Shown: piece after piece, positions 53,484 to 64,000 of the stretch
How positions within the stretch are numbered: position 1 is the stretch's first letter
Layout: each line of letters starts with the position of its first letter
DNA from: Lama guanicoe
Taxonomy: Eukaryota
Assembly (NCBI GenBank): GCA_013239625.1
Contig: MU054212.1
Location: 2,852,001 to 2,916,000 of the forward strand
Reading direction: 5' to 3'
Length of the DNA: 64,000 nt
Translations under genes and position numbers: made by a program
The notes under the pieces: generated by a model
Told to the model about the DNA's origin: nothing
Databases searched by the model: none
Seen by the model: only the letters and a program-made list of their open reading frames with translations

Positions 53484-55547
53484 TACTTCCAGAAAAGAAA
53501 ATAGTTCTGTGCTCCCAGGACAAAATCCCCCCCAGGGCAGGTCTCTACTGGCAAAAGCCAGGCGGCGGGGTGGAGAATAGCAGAACCAAAAAGCCCCAAG
53601 CACAAATAACTTTTTAACGGACTTGGAAAAACAGCAGCTTCAGATGCTGCCTGGATAGTCTTCAAACAACGGGCAGGACCCCGGCTAACATTAGAAATGA
53701 AAAAACGCACCTTACAAAGTACGCCTCGGCCTGATTATTGGGCGACTGTGAATCAGCTTCGTGGCACCAGCTCCTGAAACGCTACCAAAATTCTTTGTCC
53801 ATGATACTTCATCAAATATTGGAAAAGACCTCTTCAGGTTAGTACCCACGGCATTTACCAGGAAGAACACCCAGAAAAACCAGGCAGTTATAAACCTGTC
53901 CCCACCTCGCCCCCCCACCCCCATAAATGTTGCTTAATTTTTAAAACCCAATAACACAGAATTACAGCTGAGTTCATAAAGGAGTTCAATTCCAGCTTTA
54001 ATAAATGATTCCTTAAAAACATCCTGTGGTTCCGCACACTCAATTCCAAATTGAGGGAATCAAAAAAGCTTTCTTACTATTTTGGTAGAGAGGCAATATT
54101 GGTTATCTTCTGCCTATCAGCCCAGCCCTGATTTCACCACTTTGATTTTGCCCTTTCATGATGTCCATCTAGCTAGCTCACCACTTGAAACTGACAGCTG
54201 CCCCTCAATCCTTCCTAAGGACAGTTATTTCCTGTGCAGAATAGCTTCTGCATGTGTAAAACACACAGCTTCTTTATATAAAAACGATTCCAGTACTGTA
54301 CAGAACATTTACTGCAATTATTTAACTGTCAGAACTCTTTACTATAAGCTATCCTAAGAGGTTTACAACTTCAACAAGATGCGCCACATTTTTGTCTCTT
54401 TCATTATCATTACAAAGTACCATCTATATATTTGTGCTTCTCCACTTCTTAGATTAGTTGAAAGCAGTGGCGTGGTTATTTTGGAAGGAAAACCTCCAAA
54501 TGTTCACTCCTCATTTTATAGCCCACTTACTTACTCCCAACCAGTTCACACTGTAAGAAAGATTACTCCATAAACAAACATACTCAGCTCTTCCTTCTCT
54601 TTGCTTGAAGTCTTCTGACCTCATCTGTTATATAATTGATGTAGCTGCTTTTATCTGTTTCTTCTCCTAAACATATATACCTTTGTAGTTTATGCTGGTG
54701 CCTGGGACACAGAGAATGCTCCAGTTGTTTACCTTTAGTGAATGAATGAATAGGATCTGTATTTAGTTAACCCTTATATTTAGGAAGAAACATTTTGGAG
54801 AAAAATTTGAATATCATGGATCTGAATTTCTATATTAAAAATCAGGACAAAAAATAACTACAAGGCAACATTACTATTTGCAATAATGTTTACAAGTCAA
54901 AATGAATGTAATCACTGCTTTAGTTTAACATTTCCCTGCCATTAATTCACTCTCCAGCGGAACACATTATAGGAAGTTACTGCAGGAGTGAGGGACAGGA
55001 ACTGGAGGGATCTAAGTATTAAGGGAAGTGAGTTGGGGAGAATTTAAATGGATAAATTTAAGAAATATTGTGGACTTTTCGGGAGCAAGGGCCAGAAAAA
55101 GCATTTAGTTCTTCATCTAAGACACTTTTTAGTTCATCACTATTTTGAGTTCATCACTTTTAAGTCATACTTTCCTGATCTGATTACTAAAAGATGCACA
55201 AAGTACTTTGGAGGTTAAATACGAATTCAAACTGAAGCTATTTTGACATATCTTTGTTTCAGAGTTTTACTACTACATTCTGTTGAATTTAACTGAAGAT
55301 CATCTTGAGTCCTGTTTTTTGGAACTCAGATGAAAACAGAATCCATGTAATCTAACTCTACGAGGTGGAAGAAAAGAAAACTCTGTAGGAACAGAAACTG
55401 CATCTTATTTATTACTGCATCTGTGGTTCATTTCTAATACTGTTCCTTAGCATATCTTAACAGAGTGGCTGGGACATAGTAGACACTCAATGCGCATACA
55501 AAGATGCATGTGTAGGGAGAAAGCTAACCGCCACAAAAGGTCATCGA

Positions 55548-55745
55548 GCAGAGTGGTTTAAAAATTGCATCTTTGGGTTTGAATCCTAATTTGGCCTTAC
55601 TGGCCACCTTTATTATTTTATTATCTGGATGATAATATTAATAGCCCCTACCACATAAGATTATAGTGAGAATTAAATGGGTTAATATGAGTAAAGAACA
55701 TGATACAGTGTCTGGTACATCAGTAAATATTCAACTGTTAGCTCT
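55548..55745 (+). mobile_element. MIR SINE
   Basis: GATAATATTAATAGCCCCTACCACATAAGATTATAGTGAGAATTAAATGGGTTAATAT...CAGTGTCTGGTACAT. Confidence 0.65.
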
Positions 55746-58700
55746 TAGTTATTAAGGCTCTGATATTTTCCAGCCTTGATTATAATAGGAAAATCAAGGC
55801 CAGAGAGGCTCACGAAGGTTAAGCCACTTGCCCAAGGTCTCCTGGGCCTCCATAGGGCAGAAAAGTGTGGCTTTGTACCCCATGCTTAAGCAGCTTGCCA
55901 CATTCAGCTTCTAGGAACCAAAAAATGAAAAAAATAACAATCAAGATCTTCAAGGGAACAGTTTCCTACCATTAAAACACTTCTGCGTGTTATTTGATTG
56001 GGAGTCTTGGAAAGCCAGAGTAGAAGTAAGCCAAAGCCTAGGACTGTGAGCACAACAGAAAAAGCCCAGGGAACTGTCACCTTTATCACTTGGCACCTAA
56101 AACACTGGCACTGTTTTCCTGGGCAGTACAGACCCATTTGTGTCTTAGAAGAAATGACAATGAAGAGGCAAAAGGAATGCCCATACACACAACCACATCA
56201 GTTAGGGGTTTTCTATTGAAACCCTGGGCTGGCCTGCATAACTCTCCCGGGGCAAAGAGGGCTTTACCTGTTTTTATCTTTGATGTTTTGTTAAAAAAAC
56301 AAGTCAGAGTGAATTTACCACAGTGATTGGCAGGTGTAGAATTTTTAGTTTCTAATTGCCACCTGTTAACTATAATTCTTGATCTTTCCACCTAATAATC
56401 ATCTCCCAGTTTCTTAGCCTGTTTTTAAAACAGGTAATGTATGAGGGAAGTGTAGCTTTCCATAAGAAAATCGTGGGTTTTTTTGTAGAGCTTAAGAGTG
56501 TGCTATTTCTCTTTGGTATAATGTTCTGAAAATGAAACTTCTCTTGGCTAATAAAGAAATCAAATGTAAAGGCTGTCAAAGTTAAATCAAACAAAATTAA
56601 TAATGATAGTCATTTCTTTATCTTCTAGTCATATATATTTTATAGGATTAAAATGGATGTTAGTCCTATTATTAAATAGCATTTATTTCAATGCCGTTAC
56701 AATACTAATTATGGTGGAAAAGGAGATAAAGATATGTGTTAATGTCATGTAACTAAAAGCATATTATTTTAAATAATGGAAGAGCTATTTACAATTGTCT
56801 CAGAACATAAAATATTCCTGAAACTACTTGCTACATGTCAAAAAAAATAGCCTATTAAATTAGTAAAAGCAAAACAAAGCAAACAACAAAAAAGTGAAAC
56901 ACCACCTTATCGCCAAATGTTGGTCTGAAAATGTTATTCTGATATATTTTTATGTCAATATCAATTAAGATAACCTTTTAAGAAGGCAAGTAGGCAACCT
57001 CTCAAAAGCCACAAAAATGTTTCTGACCCAGAAATCGCTTCTAGCATTCATCTTCTTAAGAAATATCTAATTTTATTGTGTTTAGGTAAAGTTTGGCTTA
57101 TTGCATCTGGACCACTTGGACAAATGAGATTTGCCGTATACATTGTAAAAGTGTGCTCTAGAACTACGTTTCATAATGTCTTGGACACTGATCTTTGTTC
57201 ACAAACATTTAGAGAGTAAGTATGTATTGAATGAAGGAAGGAGACAATCAATTAGGGTAGAATCACGTCTTCTCATGTTCTATAGCAATGTCAAGCACCC
57301 TTTGACAAATACCCATAGTGATGTTGAAGATAAAGTATATCAGCCAAAAAAAGGGCAAAGTAAGATAATTTTAAAGCCCATATTGCAGTATCTTCACGAG
57401 TTTGAGAAAGTTTAAGGACCAGATTTTGAAGCTCTAGATATCAGAAATTAGTATCTAGGTATGTCGTGGCAATTCACAGGATGTGCTGAGGAGTGGGTAT
57501 GTACCTGCCCCCTGGCTGTTTCTAAATGAACTAAAAAAAGGGAGAAAAAAAAATCCCCTTTTAAATACCCAGAAGCACTAACCCACATTTTGAACTAATT
57601 GACTTACTTTTTCTTAGGAAAGCTTAATTTAACTGATAGGGGCACATGGGTTTATCTGAATATTTAAAGAAGCCCTGGGATGGGTTTGTTCTATTTCTTT
57701 AATTTGATGCTGGAGATCCAGGCTTTGCACCTGATGGAAGAGAAGATGCCTGAGAGAGGGGCAGGCAAGCAGGAAACACTGTGACCTAACCCCCCTATTT
57801 TGGGTTCTAAGTTTGCAGAGCCAGGGCAGGGCAGATACCAGTACAGAACTCATTCTTCCTCACGTTACTCTTCTTACAGACTGCGCTTAGACTAGGATAC
57901 CCCAGAGGTCACACGTTGTCTCTACTCCAAATAAAAACAGACTCCCCTGACGGTGATGGCATCTGTTTGTTTTACTATCTTTTCCCTCTTTATGGCTCCT
58001 TCCCTGAAAGTAAAAAAAAAAAAAACCAACAACAACAGCAAAGCAAGACACACTGTAGTTTATCATTCTCCCTAATTATAAAAGCAATAGGTCCTCACGG
58101 GGGAAGATTCAAAGAGTATGGAATCCAGAAAAATATATGTGCACCATATTCCGTTCTTGTTAACATTTAGAGAGTGCTTGCTGTGCGTCTGTTTTTTTTT
58201 TATATATATATATATTAACACTTTCAAGCCGTTCTCATGAATGTCGGTGAGGATTGTTCCTAACTGCCAGATGAGTGGAAACCCAGAGAGCTTGAACAGC
58301 TTGCCCGACATCACAGAGCTAGCGAGGGCCGGACTCGAGCACACGCTCTCTCTTAATCCACCAGAACGGGTCCTTCAGTTGTATTTTCCACTGCCTGGGA
58401 AAAAAACCACTCTTTACATTCAAGTGTATTTCCATGAATTTGATCTCATGTGGTTTACTGTTTAAGGACTACCTATTTCAAAATCTGTTATTCAAAATAT
58501 GCACTCGGTGGATTTCTGGCAATCTCTGCCAAGCACACTGTAAGAGGCAGGAGGAGCAGAAAATTCTCTCCAGGGACATGACTGGCCTGACTCCAGGGAG
58601 GGGTGAACCTTCAGCAGGTCCATGTGGTCAAGAGTTTTCCTTCTGTCCTTCTTATGTCCATCTGCCACAGAAAAACATGTTAACCTATTCTTTATCTAGC

Positions 58701-59514
58701 TCTGGGAAGTTGAGTTGGACCATCAGAGTTTGAGGATGAACCTCATTTCAGATCTTTTTTTTTTTTTTGCCATCCATTTGGTAATACACACAGAATATAG
58801 CTTTCAATGACCCCTGAAAAGCCCAGAAAAATCTTTGCTCTGGCTCTTGGACCCAGTCCTGTGGCACTGTGGGCGTTGTAAGGCTGTGTGTGCATTAGCA
58901 CCGTGCTTTAATGGCTCGACCTCACTACTAATTTAGCTTTCCTAGAATTATTGGCTGTTGACTTTAAAGCCTCAAGCAGTTCATGAAACTTAGAACGCAT
59001 CAGAATCAAGCAGTATCAACTTCTTTTAAATAAAGATTCTTGGGTGCCAGCTCCAGGGATTCTGATTCATAGGTCCAGGGGGTAAAGCCCAAGAACACAC
59101 ATTTTTAACATTTTTAGCAAGCAATGAAGTAATTTCCTCTCTATGGCAATGATTACTAAATCATTTTGGGGCCATGATTTCATATGAACATTATGAAACC
59201 TCTTCCTCAGAGCTTGCTCATTCACAACCAATTCTGCCTACGATTTAGTGGGGTGGGGCTGGGGGCCACTTGCATTCTCAATATGCTGTCACGTGGTCTC
59301 CAGCACCATTCGAGTGCTTTCCCTCCCCTGGTCAACAGTCTTCAGGGCTTCTTTCTACTTTAGTTTCAAGTCCAAACACCCCATAATCTTGCTCCAGTCT
59401 AATTTCACAGCGTTCTTCCTTACGTCTCCCTAGGGTGAGTCCAGCCCTCTGTGGGCACGTCTCCAGAGAGAACAACCCTGGAAGGGGAGCAGACATGGCT
59501 GGGAGCCCCCAGGA

Positions 59515-59697
59515 CGTGGCTCCTCAAACCTGAGTGTGTAACTGGATCCCTTGGAGGGCTTCTCAAAACAGAGGGCTGGACCCACCCGCAGTGTGTCTGA
59601 TGCAGCAGGTGGAGGCTGGAGCCCGGGAAGGTGCAAGCTCCCAGGTGATGTGGATGCTGCTGGTTCCTGGACCCCACTTTGAGAACCGCCAGCCTAG
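59515..59697 (-). mobile_element. MER5A-like hAT element
   Basis: ...CCCAGGTGATGTGGATGCTGCTGGTTCCTGGACCCCACTTTGAGAACC. Confidence 0.7.
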
Positions 59698-60551
59698 AAG
59701 AAGGTAGAGAAACGTATCCAAAGGGAAGAATCCGCACTGGAAAGGAGGAAAGATGGGGTTGGAGGCTGAGGGCGTGGAGCCTGGTGAGACTCCCTGAGTT
59801 GCCTCAGCAGGACCAGGGGGAGGGAGTCTTGGCTGTGACTCCTATGACTATGATGGGAGGAACAGTGGGAGGCTTGAACCAACCCTAACTACCAGCTTCC
59901 TTTCGGACAGGAAACTCTTCTTCTCCTTCCCTCTGCTGATCTAAATCGTCCAGATTCTTTACAGCCCAGCCCCAAATCCTACTTCCGCATGAAGCCTTCT
60001 CCCACCGCTGCCGCCGAGGCAGACTGTCTCTGCTTTCGCTTGTCCTCAGGCCCTTTGGTCAGTGCCGCCCACGGGGGGCGGGCTCTGCCCATTGGTTGCC
60101 AGTTGCAAGGTCTCAGGGTTGTGCTTGGCTTTTCTTCCTTCTACTCTCACTCCTTGGGTTTTCTTCTCTTTGGGAGGCTTCACAAGGTGGGAGATTATCA
60201 ACACTGGCTACACCTTAGAGTCACCAGGGGCAGCTTTTAAAAAGTAACAGCGCCACTAAAGAACTTGAGGGAGACATGTCAGCCCTCACCCAGCATCCTC
60301 CTCACGAGAAACAGAACAAATATGGCAACATTTAAAAAAGTGTTTAATTTTGGTCATGTGGGTGTTCACTCTCTCTACATTTGTATATGCTCAACAGTTT
60401 CCCAATGAACATTTTCCCCACCCTGCCCCCTGACTCATTAAAATAAAAACTCCTGCAGCCAGGTCTGAGACCCTGAGAGCCCCTTGTACACTCTCCGGTT
60501 TTCTGTCTTCAAATAACTTCTTTTTCTCCTTCCACAGGCCTCTCCTAGACT

Positions 60552-60737
60552 GCAGTGGTTTTCGCCATCAAGTGCCTGTTAGAATCATCTGGAAAACCTG
60601 CAGAAATACTGATGCCTAGATTCTTCTTCTAAAGAGCATCTGATTGACTTGGTCTGGGGAGGGGCTTGGGGGTAAGGAGTTTCCAAAGCTTTCCAGATGA
60701 TTCAAATGCGCAGCTAAGGTTGAGACCCACTGGCCTA
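60552..60737. mobile_element. MER5B-like hAT element
   Basis: CAGTGGTTTTC...TTAGAATCATCTGG...GATGATTCAAATGCGCAGCTAAGGTTGAGACCCACTG. Confidence 0.65.
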
Positions 60738-60944
60738 GACTGGGAGACCCATTCACACGTGTCCACTTGGGGGCCTTTAATATGAAGTCTTAGGATTTCC
60801 AGGTGGTCTTCTGGCGGTCTGCAAACTCGTGGAAATTGTATGCCAGATGTTCTCTATATGTACATCTGTGTGTTTTCCTAGAACATTTGCTGCTTTCAGC
60901 AGAATCTAAAGGGGTTTATGATTCAAAATAGTTTAAGGAACATT

Positions 60945-61380
60945 CGTATGAATGTGGAGAAATAAGCACAAGCATCCTGTATTGCTAGAAGGATAGACTG
61001 GTACCGTGTTTCTCAAGGACACTTTGGCAGGGGCTGTCCACACACAGAATGCACATCCCTTTCAACCCAGCAATTCATTTCTAGGAATCTAGGCTGCACA
61101 CAAAGAAAAATGTACAAGGATGTTCTTGAGGCATTGTTTGTAATAAAGACTCATCAGATACCATTTAACTCTAGAGATGGATGGTGAATAAATAAATTTA
61201 TGTCTCATCTATTCAGCAGAATCCTAGCTGTAGATATAAAGAATACCATAGATTTGTAGGGATGGAGTAGAATGCTTTCCAAGGTGTTTTATTAAATGAG
61301 TAAATATCAATGTGAAGGATGAGTTCGCTTGTTGAAAAAACTGAACCAAAATGATATATGCACATTTTACAAATGTGCCT
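60945..61380 (+). mobile_element. Degenerate L1ME-like fragment
   Basis: CCCTTTCAACCCAGCAATTCATTTCTAGGAATCT...TGTACAAGGATGTTC...GCATTGTTTGTAATA. Confidence 0.6.
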
Positions 61381-64000
61381 AACCCAAAATCAAAATAGCG
61401 ATCTTCTTACCAGCCCCACTGTCCATTCTAAATGTATCAGTTTTAGGGCCTGGCATAATTCGTTTTGCTTAGCAGAGTTACTGGCACAAAGAAGATATTC
61501 AATAGATACCAGCTGCATGAATTTTTTTCAGTTATTTTTGTTTGTTTGTTACATGCATTATAATTGTGAATTTACTTGCCTGCATCGCCCATTAGTCCGT
61601 GAGTTCCCTGCAGTCCATCTTTGTGTAAGGAGGGGCTGTGAGGTGGACGTTAGACTGAGCACGGACTCAGGGCCAGACAGCCTGCTTTAGATCATGGCTG
61701 TGTCACTTCCTAGCTGTTTAACCTTGAAGTCACTCTTCCAGTCTCACTGCAATGAACTTTACCCACATCCACAGGATGGGCTCTAGCTCACTGCATCATC
61801 ACATATGTGGACCATCGACGCCCATTCACGTCCTGGGACCTTGTCCATGCAGCTCCCCTCTGCCCAGGACGCCTTTCCCTCTTACATACTTGACCCGCTT
61901 CCACTTCTCTGTACTTAATCTGACCCAGCTCATGTCTTAAAGGCTTTCACGAAGCCATCGCTGATCTTTGTCCTATGCTAATTCTTCTGTATTTTTTATT
62001 GTAATTTTACTGTCTCCATAGAGAGGCTCCAGCGTGCCTGTAAGTGCGTGTGTGTTTTTCTTAAGAACAATTGTACAGGGTCATGGAACATACAATATTT
62101 ATTCAAAGCAAGCCAAAAGGAAACCTCACCAAACATCAGAAGGAAAAAGAGATACTTGTACCTGTATCCTAGAATGATATGATCATGAGAGTCAGGTCTT
62201 CTAAAAAGTTAGACCAACTTGTCTTGAAAGAGTAGCTATTTGGGGAGTAGATGAGAGGAGAGGAGGTGAGGAATTCATTACTATTGGTATGATCCTTTGA
62301 AGATGAAGACGGCCAGGTGAGGGTGCTAAGTATCGGATTACTATGTAATTAGGGATCAGATCTGTTCCAGATCATCTGCATCTCTGGCAGAGTCTCACTG
62401 AATCTTTGCAAACAATTGAATTCTTTCATTCATAACCTTTCCCTTCATCTGAACATGGTTCCAAGGGGACCCATCAGAGGGCTTGGATGATCTCATCCAC
62501 TGAGTCCAGTTGCCTCTATAGATTATGTTATGGAAATGAAATCTTTACCTCCCATTCTGTTTTAAAAAACATGAGGAAGCTAGACTCTTTTTGAATATGG
62601 AGCAAGACTTTCCAGAATATACTCTGGACCTTAGATCACTGAGAAATAGAGAAAGCCCATCCAGAATGTCCGAAGGTACATTAAAGAGTGTGTCATGCCC
62701 AACTGCAAGAAATAAACGTGGATGCCTTTTTCCGGTGACTTTCATTTTGTGGAGAGTGGTTTGAGTCTTCTGAGTCCCAACTTACTTTTTTGAATAAATT
62801 AGACTATCTTTAATTTGCTGCTTGATGCTTGTGTGGGGGTAAGCATGCTTTTTTTCCAGAACTTCTTCCCTGTGGGATGTTGCAGTGTTAGTGCCAATTT
62901 TTTTTTTCCCCCAGAAGATGGAACAGTCAGGTTTAGTACTGAGGATTAACTCAGCAGTGGTCGCTAAACTCTTTGAAATCATTAGATGAAAGGCAAAATT
63001 AGATCTGCATTAAGTACACATGTCATTGCTGTTTTTGTTATTATTGTGGGAATTGGCCATTCAGAGTATTTTTTTACTGAACAATTTTCTCTCTGGATTT
63101 CTGACATCTTAAGTTCTATTGAGGAAAGATACATTTCTTTCACAAGTACTCTTTGTATTTAGTACTGCAAATAGCTTTGGATCTTAGTAGAGTCTGAACC
63201 CTTTCCCTGTGGGATACAGTCCATCTCTTTCTTCATTTCCTTCCCAGTCCCTAACATAAACCCAAGCACATAGTAGGGACCTGCAGCCGCGGGTTGAACT
63301 GAGTTGAATCGAATGGCTTGCCGTTTTGAAATGTGATCCAATAGCTGTAACTAAATATTGTTTCCTCTTCCACTAAGTCAACTCAGAGTTTTGGCACTTT
63401 AAACCATGTTTCTTCCTGAAATTCCAATTTTCAAGGCTTCCTGCTCTGCCCCGGGACCCCAGCACTGTGTCTGCGGGCTGGGTAGGGAAGTAGGAAGCTG
63501 GATGCCATCAGGACAGCCCAGGCTCCTGCCCTGTGTTTTCCCTGGCTGCACATCCTACCGCATCAGGTCCACACCTGCACGGCAGAGGCACCTGACCAGT
63601 TCCACCGCGCTCCTTCTGGCTGTCCTAAAACAAACCAACAAAAGCTTGCCACTCTGGGTGCGCTGCCAGACTCTGGGTTGGTTAACAATTCACCGAGAAA
63701 GACGGCTCTGAAATTGTTCCTGCCTACAGAGCGTGAGGGTGGGGATATATAGAGATTTCCAACTTGACGAAGCCTGAATTTACATTTTGGGGAGGGAGCT
63801 TGTTCCCGGAGCATCTGCAGGAACATTCTGCTTGGAGCAGCCTGTGTGCCATGAGGCTGGCACTTGGAGGTTCAACTTGACTCTGCAGGCTCTGTGGTCT
63901 GATCCCAAAGGCACAGCCCACACAACTGGCATTTCCCCTGTGGGCTTGGAGAATTTTAGACAATAATCCCCAAGCTCTGTATTGGAAGCAAGATTTGAAG

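Noticed and set aside
51064..53523. Multiple 100-250 aa ORFs on both strands in the CpG island
   Set aside because: Pro/Arg/Gly-rich ORFs are expected from stop-poor GC-rich DNA; most use non-ATG starts and none has a recognisable domain.

Overview
Mammalian genomic DNA, most likely a camelid judging by Vic-type tRNA-derived SINEs, covering the 5' half of KCTD1 on the minus strand. It contains a CpG-island promoter region (~49.1-53.4 kb) and the large first coding exon of the long KCTD1 isoform (50779..49038), which encodes an acidic N-terminus and a domesticated Crypton tyrosine-recombinase-like (DUF3504) domain. A ~39.7 kb intron separates it from the 179-nt shared exon (9381..9203) that carries the short-isoform ATG and the start of the BTB/POZ domain; later exons lie left of the window. 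In this sequence the long exon is frameshifted near 49355 by an apparent ~58-nt deletion relative to the human protein as I recall it. That gives a stop at 49268-49270 and uncouples the Crypton domain from the BTB domain, either as a real allele or as an assembly error. Other points of note are a 100-nt hairpin in intron 1 that pairs fully only on the sense strand (46831-46930), a predicted non-coding alternative first exon (donor at 51132), AP-2/NRF1/CRE motifs, and a probable false duplication around a 374-N gap. The rest is ordinary intronic and upstream DNA with SINE, LINE, LTR and DNA-transposon relics. Repeat family names and human comparisons come from memory and were not run as searches.
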